A stretch of DNA of 64,000 nucleotides from an uncultured Thermoproteales archaeon. GTDB taxonomy: Archaea; Thermoproteota; Thermoprotei; Thermofilales; B20-G17. Location: contig CBDUMD010000003.1 in the NCBI GenBank assembly GCA_965368245.1, forward strand, positions 16,735-80,734, read 5' to 3'. A program made the translations under genes and the position numbers. Below, in pieces: positions 9,193-19,274 of this stretch (the stretch's first letter is position 1; each line of letters opens with the position of its first letter). The notes under the pieces were generated by a model, which worked only from the letters and a program-made list of their open reading frames with translations, did no database searches and was not told the DNA's origin.

Positions 9193-10032
9193 ATGTATCC
9201 TATTGTCGAAAAAAGGGTTTTAGCGCCGCGAATAAAGTCGATAAAAGTGAAAGCCCCTCATGTAGCACGTAACGTTAAGGCTGGCCAGTTCGTAGTAGTA
9301 CGTGTCGATGAAAGGGGAGAACGAATCCCACTCACTGTAGTGGACTGGAATAGAAAGGAAGGAACAATATTACTTGTGTTTCAGGAAATAGGGGTAAGCA
9401 CAATAAAACTTGGGTTGTTGAAGGAAGGTGACAATATACTTAATATATCGGGTCCACTCGGCAACCCCACTGAAATCAAAAAATACGGTACGGTCATCTG
9501 TATTGGTGGTGGTGTCGGGACAGCATGTATTTACCCGGTGGCCCGTGAGCTTAAGAAAGCCGGTAACAACGTTATCTCCATAGTAGGAGCAAGAAGCAGT
9601 AACCTGTTAATACTGGAGGAGGAAATAAAGTCAGTTAGCGATGAATTCTACATAACTACTGATGACGGGAGTAGGGGGAGAAAGGGGTTTGTTACGGACC
9701 AACTTAAGGATATTTTGAGGGAGGGACGTAAAGTAGATCTAGTTTATGCAGTTGGTCCCGCAATAATGATGAAGGTCGTGGCAGATGTTACTAGGAATTA
9801 CAATATAAAAACGATCGTGAGCCTTAATCCTATAATGGTTGACGGTACAGGGATGTGTGGTGCCTGCAGAGTTATAGTAGGTGGCCAAATGAAGTTTGCC
9901 TGCGTGGATGGTCCTGAGTTTGATGCCCATGAAGTGGACTTCGATTCACTGATGTCGAGGCTACGCACGTACATTCAGGAAGAAAAGAGGGCTCTAGAGC
10001 TACTTCAAACCAAGGTTAAGGGAGGTGAATAA
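9193..10032 (+). CDS. NfnA/SudB-like FAD/NAD(P)-binding ferredoxin-reductase-type subunit with C-terminal [2Fe-2S] motif
   Basis: 279 aa. GGGVGTACIYPVA nucleotide fold. DGTGMCGACRV...FACVDGPEF cysteine motif. Paired with a GltD-like subunit downstream. Confidence 0.8.
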   Translation: MYPIVEKRVLAPRIKSIKVKAPHVARNVKAGQFVVVRVDERGERIPLTVVDWNRKEGTILLVFQEIGVSTIKLGLLKEGDNILNISGPLGNPTEIKKYGTVICIGGGVGTACIYPVARELKKAGNNVISIVGARSSNLLILEEEIKSVSDEFYITTDDGSRGRKGFVTDQLKDILREGRKVDLVYAVGPAIMMKVVADVTRNYNIKTIVSLNPIMVDGTGMCGACRVIVGGQMKFACVDGPEFDAHEVDFDSLMSRLRTYIQEEKRALELLQTKVKGGE

Positions 10033-10033
10033 C

Positions 10034-11419
10034 ATGGGGCAGAGGAAGATTATACGTGAAGGTACACCCATGAGAAAGCTTAGCTTAAAGGAGCGTAGAA
10101 CAACGTTCAAAGAGGTTGCGCTTGGATACAATCTTGAGGAAGCTTTAAGGGAGGCGGAAAGATGTCTTCAATGTCCCCAACCACCCTGTGTTAAAGCCTG
10201 CCCCCTGCACATAGATATTCCCGGATTTATACGGCTGTTAAAAGAAAGACGTTTTGAGGAGGCTATAGAAAAGATAAAGGAAACGAACGAGTTTCCAGCC
10301 ATAACGGGTAGAGTATGTCCACAGGAACTCTTATGCCAGGAAGTTTGTGTTATGAAGAGAATAGGAGATCCCGTTTTCATAGGTAGATTAGAAAGGTTTC
10401 TGGGAGACTATGAGATAAAGAAAGGGATAAAGGTTCCAGAAAAAATAGTGGAGAACGGTAAAAGCGTCGCTATAGTTGGTTCAGGGCCAGCAGGTCTATT
10501 CGCTGCCGCCAGACTTAGAAAACTGGGATACAAGGTGACAATCTATGAGGCTTTACATAGACCGGGAGGAGTGATGGTCTACGGTATACCTGAGTTTAGG
10601 CTTCCAAGACATGTTCTCGATGCATACATAAACTACCTGAGGAAACTTGGTGTAGAAATTAAAGTAGATCACGTGGTCGGTAAGGCTGTCACCGTGGCCG
10701 AACTCCTCAAAGAATACGACGCCGTCTTGATATCAACCGGTGCCGGTACACCACGGTTCCTGAGAATTCCCGGTGAAGAGTTAAACGGAATATACTCGGC
10801 AAACGAGTTTCTGATAAGAGTCAACTTAATGAAAGCATACCGCTTCCCCGATTACGATACCCCAATTAAAGTAGGCAAACGTGTTGTAGTGGTGGGCGGA
10901 GGAAACACAGCTATGGATGTGGCACGCATTTCGCTTAGACTAGGAGCTGAAGTCACAATAATTTACAGGAGAACTGAAAAAGAAATGCCAGCAAGGAGAG
11001 AGGAAGTGGAGAACGCCATGGAGGAAGGTGTCAAGTTCCAGTTCCTGACCCAACCAATAGAATTCATAGGAGATGAAAAAGGCTGGGTAAAGAAAATACG
11101 TTGTATAAAAATGAGGTTAGGGGAACCTGATGAAAGCGGTAGGAGAAGACCCATACCCATACCTGGAAGCGAGTTCGAGATAGAGGCAGATACAGTAGTA
11201 ATAGCCATAGGAGCCTCCGTAAACCCGATAATCCAAGCAACAACACCTGGACTAAAAGCAGATAGAAAAGGCAGAATAATAGTCGATGAGAATGGACGTA
11301 CCTCACTTGATAGAGTATACGCGGCAGGAGACGTAACCTCCGGCGAGGGGACAGTAATAGAGGCCCTCGCAGAAGCCTTAAAGGCGGTGAACAGCATCCA
11401 TAGAGATCTTGAAAGCTAA
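10034..11419 (+). CDS. NfnB/SudA-like (glutamate synthase small-chain family) NAD(P)H oxidoreductase subunit
   Basis: Two Cys clusters (CLQCPQPPCVKACP, RVCPQELLCQEVC). GSGPAGL and VVVVGGGNTAMD dinucleotide folds. GGAGGTGA SD 6 nt upstream of ATG 10034 (track start is GTG 10025). Confidence 0.85.
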   Translation: MGQRKIIREGTPMRKLSLKERRTTFKEVALGYNLEEALREAERCLQCPQPPCVKACPLHIDIPGFIRLLKERRFEEAIEKIKETNEFPAITGRVCPQELLCQEVCVMKRIGDPVFIGRLERFLGDYEIKKGIKVPEKIVENGKSVAIVGSGPAGLFAAARLRKLGYKVTIYEALHRPGGVMVYGIPEFRLPRHVLDAYINYLRKLGVEIKVDHVVGKAVTVAELLKEYDAVLISTGAGTPRFLRIPGEELNGIYSANEFLIRVNLMKAYRFPDYDTPIKVGKRVVVVGGGNTAMDVARISLRLGAEVTIIYRRTEKEMPARREEVENAMEEGVKFQFLTQPIEFIGDEKGWVKKIRCIKMRLGEPDESGRRRPIPIPGSEFEIEADTVVIAIGASVNPIIQATTPGLKADRKGRIIVDENGRTSLDRVYAAGDVTSGEGTVIEALAEALKAVNSIHRDLES

Positions 11420-11658
11420 ACCTTTTCTCTACAACACAACAATAATTAATGTCCACTAACCGATTCTATTTAACCAGCTGTTTCATATTCTTCTCTATAA
11501 ATCCAAGAAAAGATAAGGTCTGGTATTGGATAATCCAGAGATCCTCTAGGGCTTTAATGTAAAATCATTTTATTTTTGTTCTCCAGCTCAACGCGACCGC
11601 TTAAGCGCCGTTAACTGAATCTTACACGTAAATGTTAGCAGTTGAGAGGTAAGGTTTT

Positions 11659-11677
11659 TATCTGACTATGTCAGATA
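11659..11677. promoter_or_regulatory. inverted repeat TATCTGAC-TAT-GTCAGATA, probable VapB operator overlapping the vapBC promoter
   Basis: 8-bp perfect arms, read directly. Sits just downstream of a TTTTTA TATA-like element and about 20-30 nt upstream of the vapB start. Confidence 0.45.
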
Positions 11678-11695
11678 TTTTCTGGTGATACCTGG

Positions 11696-11944
11696 TTGAG
11701 TCAGGTTATGAGTGTAAGGGTTGGAAAGAAATACGCGGTCTACTTGCCTAGACGGGTTGTAGAGACACTGGATATCAGAGAGGGAGATAAACTTATCCTC
11801 ATAGTTAAGGGTGAAAGCTTAGTGCTAAGGAAAGTGGAGGACTTCTTCGAGGCCTCGCTCCGCTCGCCTAAAAAGCTGAAGATGTCGTTCGAGGAGGCTG
11901 AGAAAGCTAGCTTGGAAACTCAGCGGGAGCTTCTAGGTGCCTGA
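11696..11944 (+). CDS. vapB: AbrB/SpoVT-family antitoxin (VapB-like)
   Basis: MSVRVGKKYAVYLPRRVVETLDIREGDKLILIVKGESLVLRKV is a typical AbrB looped-hinge fold. Alternative start ATG 11708. The stop abuts the PIN gene. Confidence 0.75.
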   Translation: MSQVMSVRVGKKYAVYLPRRVVETLDIREGDKLILIVKGESLVLRKVEDFFEASLRSPKKLKMSFEEAEKASLETQRELLGA

Positions 11945-11945
11945 G

Positions 11946-12428
11946 ATGAGGCTGGCCATTCTGCTTGACACGTCGTTTCTGCTGCCATCATTTGGGGTGA
12001 ATGTCGGCGAGAGGGTGGAGCGTTGTTTGAAGCTCTTAGCTGAACATAGGGGGGAGGTTTGGGTCTACTACTCGAGGTATAGCGTCCTAGAGGCAGTTCT
12101 CATCCTCCTGAGGGAGGTGAAGCGTGGCCAGCTGAGGCTGAAAGAAGCATACGAAATGGTTGAAGCTGGCGTTGCCGCCGTCGTTTACGGTCTCAAAGCT
12201 GTAGACGAGTCTCCATCGGCCTTCAGAGAGGCGCTGAGGCTTTACGGGCTAGGACATAGGGATATCTTCGATGACATTCTGTACGCTACGGCTACCACTA
12301 GCGAAATGTACTTTCTGACGCTTGACAGGGAGCTAATAGATTTTATCAGGAAAAAGGGGTTAGCTAGTATAACATTAACTCCAGAAAACCTACAGGAGAA
12401 ATTACAATTACAAAGGAACCGAAAGTGA
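11946..12428 (+). CDS. vapC: PIN-domain ribonuclease toxin (VapC-like)
   Basis: N-terminal AILLDTSFLL (first acidic residue). LEAV, DIFDDILYATA and FLTLDREL give the remaining PIN acidic quartet. ATG 11946 follows the vapB stop by 1 nt. Confidence 0.75.
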   Translation: MRLAILLDTSFLLPSFGVNVGERVERCLKLLAEHRGEVWVYYSRYSVLEAVLILLREVKRGQLRLKEAYEMVEAGVAAVVYGLKAVDESPSAFREALRLYGLGHRDIFDDILYATATTSEMYFLTLDRELIDFIRKKGLASITLTPENLQEKLQLQRNRK

Positions 12429-12484
12429 AGACATTCTTGTAGTTTCTTCTTTTAGCTGGTGAAAGAGCATTTATTTTAATCAAT

Positions 12485-13699
12485 TTAGGTGGATGTATAT
12501 CTCGAGTAGTGAAGAGCTGTAAGGCTTCCTGTTAATGCTTCTATGAAGCATTTGAATGCTTTGTATGGGCTCTTATAGGGGTTAAAGTATCCGTGGACCA
12601 TGCCGGCGGGACCTGTTTTAGTGGACATGTAATAGAAATGATCTGAAGTAAGAAACATACGCCACAGCTTGCTACACTTCTTTTTCTCAAATATTTTCCT
12701 CGATTTTAGTAGGGAGTTAAAAGCTAGCTTTTGCATTTCGTTTCCAAGCCATGCCGACTCATCCTTTTCCTTGTCGGCCCATGAAACCACACGTTCGAAG
12801 AATATTTCATCTGCTGGCTCAAAGTATTCTAATATCTCACTTGGATGCAGAAGCTTCACACCTCTCTTCTTTAGTTCCCTTGGAAGCCACCTTAGGAACT
12901 CAAGTATACCGGTTTCTTGTTTAAAATGTTCACCGAAAGTTTCGATGTCGAAACCTATAACCACGAATTCGCCTGGCAGATTCCTTATCCAACTTGCATA
13001 TTTATCTGCCGTCAACGGAAATTGGCTCCACGATCTGTCTCCAAACCGGAATCCAATATCATCCGACAATTGACAATGCCGTAGCAGTATCTTTAAATTA
13101 CTATTGTGTGCTGTGTAAAGAAAAGTGGGGCTCCTCCAGCCTAGAATCCCTTCAACACCCTCAGTTATAGTAGCTGTGAAACCCATTTCCTCCAATAGAT
13201 CAGCTAATGAATCTGCATAAAGCCCTTCGGTGTTGAAGGCTATTTTCGGCTTTTTACCGAAAAATTCCCTAATTATTTTAAGAGAGTCCTTCATCTCTTG
13301 GCGGAAGACATCCTCACCTGCAAATATCGCCAATGAATGGTGGTAGGGCTCGCATAGAAATTCAATTAACTGGATTGAAGATGCTTGTTGAAGAACCTCT
13401 AGAACATCAGATCTTGTCTCCCTAAGAAACTCAAGAAGGATGCCTGAAACAGATAGGGATATCTTTAACTCTTCTTCCATTATGGTATTTAGTACAGGTA
13501 GGTAGCATTTGTCACTTATCCTGTTTAAAATTCTTTTATCTAGATCTTTATCAAATAATAGATCCATCAACATCGATTCATCAGCATCTCTAATCTCCGT
13601 GGAGTATAGTAGCCTTTCAAAAACCCCCTCTCTTATACGCCTTGGCTGATGCATCTCCATGAATATTGTTAGATATTGGACCATTGGTTTCAATAACAA
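12485..13699 (-). CDS. glycoside hydrolase family 57 (GH57) alpha-glucan-active enzyme
   Basis: N-terminal MEMHQPRR and FDIETFGEHF motifs resemble the GH57 HQP and E..FG.H catalytic regions. Located in an alpha-glucan gene cluster. Confidence 0.65.
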   Translation of the reverse strand: MLLKPMVQYLTIFMEMHQPRRIREGVFERLLYSTEIRDADESMLMDLLFDKDLDKRILNRISDKCYLPVLNTIMEEELKISLSVSGILLEFLRETRSDVLEVLQQASSIQLIEFLCEPYHHSLAIFAGEDVFRQEMKDSLKIIREFFGKKPKIAFNTEGLYADSLADLLEEMGFTATITEGVEGILGWRSPTFLYTAHNSNLKILLRHCQLSDDIGFRFGDRSWSQFPLTADKYASWIRNLPGEFVVIGFDIETFGEHFKQETGILEFLRWLPRELKKRGVKLLHPSEILEYFEPADEIFFERVVSWADKEKDESAWLGNEMQKLAFNSLLKSRKIFEKKKCSKLWRMFLTSDHFYYMSTKTGPAGMVHGYFNPYKSPYKAFKCFIEALTGSLTALHYSRYTST

Positions 13700-13714
13700 G
13701 CAAAATAATTAAAT

Positions 13715-14938
13715 TTATTTTTCTTTCTCGGGAATCCTCTTCCATAAGTGTTTCCAGTCTTTTTCCTTCGCCTCCTTAGATATGGATCTATACACCTCCA
13801 ATGTGAAACGAGCTATCCTATCCCATGTATATAGTTTCTTCACCCTCTTTCTCGCATTTACGCTCATTAAATCCCTTAACTGCGTGTCGTCGAGAAGCTG
13901 ACGTATTCTCTCTGCGATTTCACGTGGATCAAGGGAAATCTTAAACCCCTCTACTCCATGCCTTATGATTTCACTGGGACCGCCGTGGCGTGGCACGATA
14001 ACAGGTAGTCCGCAACTCATGGCCTCTAGGATGGCTATTCCGAATGGTTCATATCTACTCGGAAAAACACCTACATAGGATACCTTCATCAATGAGAAAA
14101 GCTCTTTATCACTTATTCTACCGGTAAAGTAAACCTTATCCCTTAAACCGTATTTATGGACCATTGACACCAAATGTTCTCTCATAGGTCCGTCACCTAC
14201 TATAACTAGTTTTACATCGCCACGTTTAAAGTCGTTGATAAGGATGTTGAATGCTTCGACAAGCAGGTCGGGCCCTTTCTCGTAGACATGTCTTCCCACG
14301 AAGACAATTATTTTCTCGTGAGGGGAAGCATATTTCTCCTTTAAACCTGGCTCGGGCTCAAATCTTTCAATATCACTTAATTCTATGGCGTTAGGTATTT
14401 TAACTATTTTTTCTGGAGGTAGCATAAACACTCTGCCCACTTCACCAATCATATAGTCACTACAGACCACAACCTTCCACGACTCGTACGTTACCCTCCA
14501 CTCCCAGTCATGGATTATCCTTTGGTCTTCGCTCCATATTCCGCCTCTACGACCTATTTCAGTGGCATGTATCGTTGTTACAAGAGGCACTTTCAAAACA
14601 TGTTTCAAAATTATCCCACTATAGGCTGTCAGCCAATCATGTACATGTATTACATCCGGTTCTCCCACCTCATCCACGAGTTCAAGAACCTTAACTATCA
14701 TAAGATAGTTAAAATTTAAAATCCATGTAATGAAGTCAATAGACTTTAAGGTGAAGGGATCAACCCTATGTACCTTTACTCCCTCAATGTTCTCGAAGCC
14801 CCTTCCCTCGACATCCGTAGTTATCACATGAACGTCGGCTCCAAGTTTTGCCAGATACTTGGTTAAATAAAAAACATGTCTCCCAAGCCCGCCGACGATA
14901 TTGGGAGGATACTCCCATGTAATATGAAAAATCTTCAT
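13715..14938 (-). CDS. GT-B fold glycosyltransferase, family 4 type (glycogen-synthase-like)
   Basis: N-terminus KIFHITWEYPPNIVGGLGRHV. C-terminal EPFGIAILEAMSCGLPVIV (E-x7-E motif). Confidence 0.8.
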   Translation of the reverse strand: MKIFHITWEYPPNIVGGLGRHVFYLTKYLAKLGADVHVITTDVEGRGFENIEGVKVHRVDPFTLKSIDFITWILNFNYLMIVKVLELVDEVGEPDVIHVHDWLTAYSGIILKHVLKVPLVTTIHATEIGRRGGIWSEDQRIIHDWEWRVTYESWKVVVCSDYMIGEVGRVFMLPPEKIVKIPNAIELSDIERFEPEPGLKEKYASPHEKIIVFVGRHVYEKGPDLLVEAFNILINDFKRGDVKLVIVGDGPMREHLVSMVHKYGLRDKVYFTGRISDKELFSLMKVSYVGVFPSRYEPFGIAILEAMSCGLPVIVPRHGGPSEIIRHGVEGFKISLDPREIAERIRQLLDDTQLRDLMSVNARKRVKKLYTWDRIARFTLEVYRSISKEAKEKDWKHLWKRIPEKEK

Positions 14939-15516
14939 GATCTACCACCGGCCACCCTAAGGTAAGCATTGTAAACGTCCCTTATACTGCTATATTTTAT
15001 CACCTTCTTGCCGAATCTTTCCCTCAAGTCGTCGAAAAGCTTTTCATGGTGACAGAGAATGAGATCAGCTTTCCTAAAGAGGTATGTTTCAACGCTTTCA
15101 ATACTTAGGCTTAACATGTTATCCATATTTGATCTCATCTGTTCGGTGGAGTATATACTTAAAATAAACGGTTTTTTAAAGGCCCTAGATAACGCTAGGG
15201 CTATCATCCCAGCTATCCAGTCATGTCCATGAATAAGTGGAAAGTCTCTGTAGGAAAGAAAGTATGGAAGCTTAGTCAACGCCCCATAGACCAGTTCATG
15301 CGAATAAACTATAAAATTGCCCCTCAGGTACCCTGTATCACGGAACATGATTACCTCGATATCATCGTCTTTATATTGTTTATTTTCAGGACCTGGATGG
15401 ACAACTACAGGTCTACAGAATACCCTTAGGTTTCTAACTATTTCCTGAACTTTCCAAGCCAATTCGCCTATTATCCTGAAAGGAGGATATTCCCATGAGA
15501 CATGAAGAATTATCAT
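14935..15516 (-). CDS. stand-alone GT-B N-terminal (acceptor) domain paralog of the adjacent glycosyltransferase
   Basis: MIILHVSWEYPPFRIIGELAWKV and HGHDWIAG parallel MKIFHITWEYPP..GGLGRHV and HVHDWLTA of the 407-aa neighbour. No C-terminal nucleotide-sugar domain. ATGA overlap with the downstream gene. Confidence 0.6.
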   Translation of the reverse strand: MIILHVSWEYPPFRIIGELAWKVQEIVRNLRVFCRPVVVHPGPENKQYKDDDIEVIMFRDTGYLRGNFIVYSHELVYGALTKLPYFLSYRDFPLIHGHDWIAGMIALALSRAFKKPFILSIYSTEQMRSNMDNMLSLSIESVETYLFRKADLILCHHEKLFDDLRERFGKKVIKYSSIRDVYNAYLRVAGGRS

Positions 15517-15526
15517 GACAAAAGCC

Positions 15527-15763
15527 CTAACAAAAGATGCTATTCAGCTTGAATATAGCCTGTTTAGTTAAATACGCTTTTTCGTTTTCGGAAACTACAT
15601 AACCTAGAGAAGAAAGTTCATTCAACAGGCTTTTCAATTCACTTGTTGATAGACCAGTAAATTTAGATAGAAGAGAAAGGGAAGTAGCCTTTTCTCGGCT
15701 TACCGCCGAAAGAGAAAATAAAGTGCTAAGGATCTTCATTAAACGTGACTCGAAATTCTCCAC
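15527..15763 (-). CDS. small winged-helix protein, possible cluster regulator
   Basis: 78 aa. LSLLSKFTGLSTSELKSLLNELSSLGYVVSE looks like HTH plus wing. First gene of the minus-strand glucan operon. Confidence 0.35.
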   Translation of the reverse strand: MENFESRLMKILSTLFSLSAVSREKATSLSLLSKFTGLSTSELKSLLNELSSLGYVVSENEKAYLTKQAIFKLNSIFC

Positions 15764-15981
15764 TTATTAACACCAAGTATTTCTCTATCTCCCCCCTAAA
15801 ATAGCTTTTTACAGTTACTAAATGCTTTCATCAAAATCCTTTAGTGCTCTTTGCTGGTTCCAGAACAACAGGCATAAATTGTATGTTCTTTTTCACTTTT
15901 AGGTGGGGGACGCCGATTACCTCATGGAGTACGAAAGTGAAACTTTTTATACCTTAGTTAAGGCATATTCCCGGAGGTTTA

Positions 15982-17751
15982 ATGAAAGTTTTCCTGAACT
16001 TCAGCGACGTTGCTTATTTCCCCGATGAAGAGATCCTCTTCAGAATTAACGTGCGAGGGGCCAAACAGGGGGAAACCGTACACTTTAAAGTGTTAAAAGA
16101 CTCTACGAAAGAAGTTTTCTCCCAAGATTACTATATACCTTTACCTGAATTTTTCATAGAGGATTCCCTGGAAAGCCTAGAGGAAGGTTTTTACGATGCA
16201 TATGTCATATGGAATGACCTCGTTACCTCGCTACCTTTCGTCGTCTTATCTCCTGATAGAGTTAAGGGTAAACTGCTTACAGTCTTCCACAACCATCAGG
16301 CATTAAATAAATATCCCAACGGAATCTACCATAGCCCTTGGGCTTTTACACACACCTGGGAGGATGAGTTTAAACCCTATTATCGTGGAGGAGTATATTT
16401 TCTCCATACATTTCTACTAGAGAAAAAACCTGTTAAAATCTGCTTTAACTTGTCGCCTAGTCTTCTACTTCAATGGAAGGAGGCCGTCGAGAAAGGAGTT
16501 TTACTGGAATGGGACAGTAATATAGAATATGTTTCACCGAAAGATGAACGTGTACAGATAATTAAAGATACTTTAAGTGGATATAGACGTTTAAACAGAG
16601 AAAATGTCATCGAAATATTCTCAAGTTTTTTCGCGCATCCAATAGCTGGTTACCTAATCGACCATTATGGATGGTTGGATATAGTTGAAGAAGAAGTGAA
16701 GCTGGGAGCCGAAGTAACAAAAAGTATTTTGGATACTGAGGCTCAAGGCTTCTGGGTTTCCGAACTCTTCTTCTCAATGAAGCTGGTTCCAGTACTCTCT
16801 AAATATAATTACAGGTATATTGTGCTTGACTCCCTCCACCATTTCATTGAATCTTTAGGAGATAAGAGGACTCCTTACGAGCCGTACAAGGTTGAATATG
16901 GCGGAGGAGAGCTTATAGTCTTTTTCAGAGACACTAGCCTCTCGGACTACATTAGCTTCCAGCTAAACAAGGCAAAGAGCCTACAGGAGGCAGATGCAAA
17001 CGCCAGAAGATACACTCTAAATATTTTAAAGTTGATGATGGGCGACGAAGAAAAGATAGTTACTGTCGCATTGGATGGTGAAAACTGGATGATTTTACCG
17101 CATCCATCACCAAAAGCAGCTGTAGCTTACGAAAAACTACTTACATATATTTTGTCCTGCGAGAGAAAAGGATACTTTAAATGCGTCCTAGCAAGAGAGG
17201 TAGCCGATTTAGCAGAAAGAAAGCTTAAAAAAATACCGGCCACAACGTGGCTAGGAAGTATAGCTAAATGGACAACAGAGAGACCAGCCGTGCAAGGTAG
17301 GCTTTGGAAGCTCGCTGAACAGGCATACAATCTACTAAAGATCTATGAAGAGATCTTCAGCAAAGAAGAAAAATACGGGCACCTGCTCCACTGTATAATG
17401 CAGATTCTGGACAGCGACATGTACTGGACCGAGTTCATAAATGAAGACCATGTCGTTTCATGGTACAATGAATTAACGGAAAATATTCTTCCAAAATTGA
17501 ATCTATTAAGGGTGAAAAGGATCGAAAAAGAAAATGGAGATGTATTCGTGGAAATTGAAAGCCCTTTAAGAGGAGAGATAATACTAAGGATACAGGTAGA
17601 TGGTACAAAAATGTTGCAAAAGATCGTGAAACTAAACGCCGGTATAAATATCTTTAAAGAAAGCATCCAGGGAAACGTTGTTGAAGCCAGAATTTTAACC
17701 CCTATTTCCCTTTGTCCAATAGGAAAACCGGTATACGCACGGTGTAGATAG
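15982..17751 (+). CDS. GH57 family glycoside hydrolase with N-terminal extra domain
   Basis: LTVFHNHQALN and VTVALDGENWMIL match the GH57 HNHQP and DGEN-W regions as I recall them. Confidence 0.7.
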   Translation: MKVFLNFSDVAYFPDEEILFRINVRGAKQGETVHFKVLKDSTKEVFSQDYYIPLPEFFIEDSLESLEEGFYDAYVIWNDLVTSLPFVVLSPDRVKGKLLTVFHNHQALNKYPNGIYHSPWAFTHTWEDEFKPYYRGGVYFLHTFLLEKKPVKICFNLSPSLLLQWKEAVEKGVLLEWDSNIEYVSPKDERVQIIKDTLSGYRRLNRENVIEIFSSFFAHPIAGYLIDHYGWLDIVEEEVKLGAEVTKSILDTEAQGFWVSELFFSMKLVPVLSKYNYRYIVLDSLHHFIESLGDKRTPYEPYKVEYGGGELIVFFRDTSLSDYISFQLNKAKSLQEADANARRYTLNILKLMMGDEEKIVTVALDGENWMILPHPSPKAAVAYEKLLTYILSCERKGYFKCVLAREVADLAERKLKKIPATTWLGSIAKWTTERPAVQGRLWKLAEQAYNLLKIYEEIFSKEEKYGHLLHCIMQILDSDMYWTEFINEDHVVSWYNELTENILPKLNLLRVKRIEKENGDVFVEIESPLRGEIILRIQVDGTKMLQKIVKLNAGINIFKESIQGNVVEARILTPISLCPIGKPVYARCR

Positions 17752-17753
17752 CT

Positions 17754-19274
17754 ATGGGTAATACAGGGATTATAGTTAGCGTCACCCCTGAAATAGCTTT
17801 AGAAGAGGGATATACTTATGCAGGAGGTTTAGGTGTACTTGAAGGAGACAAATTCTATACTGCAGGCGACTTAGGTATAAGATATTTAGTCTTAACCCTC
17901 TTCTATGAAAACGGTTATGTTGATTATGATTTTAAAGAAGATGGCTCTCCCATCCCTAGACCTCAACCCCAGCCAGACAACTTTTTAAGCCATCTTCAAA
18001 GCAAGGGTAAAATTTCTGTTAAGGTGAGAGGAGAAAATGTTCTGCTTGAAGCATTCTCCTACAAGTACAAGACCGCAGAAACCATCTTCTTCCATCCTAT
18101 CCAGCTAGGCTGGGTCCACAATCTAGTAGATAAATTATACATTGAAGAGCATTACGAAGATCGGTTCTACAAGTATGTATTGCTCGCCAGGGCTTCTGCA
18201 GAATACATTAGAACTCATGTGACACTAAATAGGGTAAGTAAAATAATTTTAAATGAAGCCTACACCGCACTTCTACCACTTGTGTTACGTGCCCCAGAAA
18301 AGTACATTTTTATAATACACACTCCGGGACCCTGGGGGCATCCAATATTTCCGGTAGAGCTTTTTGAAAGGGAATTCGGATTTAAATTTATTTCAGAAAA
18401 AGTATCCCTGACGGAAATAGGTTTAGCGGCATCCACTAAAACATACACTGTATCTAGAAAACACTTTAAGGTAATGCAGAAAATAATACCGCACTTTGCC
18501 CACCAGCTATCCTACGTGACAAACGGTGTTAGTCTGTCTCGTTGGATGACAGACCATATTAAGAAATTGATCTCCAAGGGTTGTTTAAACACGAAATCCC
18601 TGGCAACGGCTAAGCAAGAGGCTAGAGAAAAGCTACTAAAATTCATAAGAGCAAGGAAAAAGTTGAATTCAACAAACAAGCCGATAATCGTTTGGAGTCG
18701 AAGAATAACAAGATACAAGAGACCATATTTCATCACTAGGATTATAGAAGAGGACCCTGACGCGATATTTATAGTTGCAGGTAAAGCCCATCCATATGAT
18801 GTAGAGGGTTTACGTTACATGAAAAAGTTCCGTCAATACCACATGGAAAAGCCATCTGTGATCTACATACATGATTACGATGTCGACAAAGCTAGGCTTC
18901 TACTGAGCGGAGGAGACCTCCTGTTGTTCACGCCCTTTCCGTCATGGGAAGCTTGCGGAACAAGTTTTATGAAAGCTGGGATAAATGGTGTGCCAAGCCT
19001 CGCATCCCGAGACGGCGGAGTCTTGGAGTTAATAGAGGACGGTGTAAATGGCTGGTTATTTGGTAGAAACGAAGAGAGACTAGTAGACCCTCAAACACCT
19101 GAAGGCACCAAACTAGACGAAAAAGAATACAAGGAATTTAAAAGCAAACTCCTAAAAATTATTGATTTAATTAACAACAACGAAGACGATTATCTTAAAG
19201 TAGCTTTAAGAAGCATCAAAACATTTATACCGAAAGTAGACATGAAAGAGAAAATAAGATACTTCATAAAGTGA
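17754..19274 (+). CDS. short alpha-glucan (glycogen/maltodextrin) phosphorylase, GT35-like
   Basis: N-terminal PEIALEEGYTYAGGLGVLEGDKFYTAGDLG. C-terminal WEACGTSFMKAGINGVPSLASRDGG resembles the PLP-lysine motif EASGTS.MK..NG. Confidence 0.7.
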   Translation: MGNTGIIVSVTPEIALEEGYTYAGGLGVLEGDKFYTAGDLGIRYLVLTLFYENGYVDYDFKEDGSPIPRPQPQPDNFLSHLQSKGKISVKVRGENVLLEAFSYKYKTAETIFFHPIQLGWVHNLVDKLYIEEHYEDRFYKYVLLARASAEYIRTHVTLNRVSKIILNEAYTALLPLVLRAPEKYIFIIHTPGPWGHPIFPVELFEREFGFKFISEKVSLTEIGLAASTKTYTVSRKHFKVMQKIIPHFAHQLSYVTNGVSLSRWMTDHIKKLISKGCLNTKSLATAKQEAREKLLKFIRARKKLNSTNKPIIVWSRRITRYKRPYFITRIIEEDPDAIFIVAGKAHPYDVEGLRYMKKFRQYHMEKPSVIYIHDYDVDKARLLLSGGDLLLFTPFPSWEACGTSFMKAGINGVPSLASRDGGVLELIEDGVNGWLFGRNEERLVDPQTPEGTKLDEKEYKEFKSKLLKIIDLINNNEDDYLKVALRSIKTFIPKVDMKEKIRYFIK

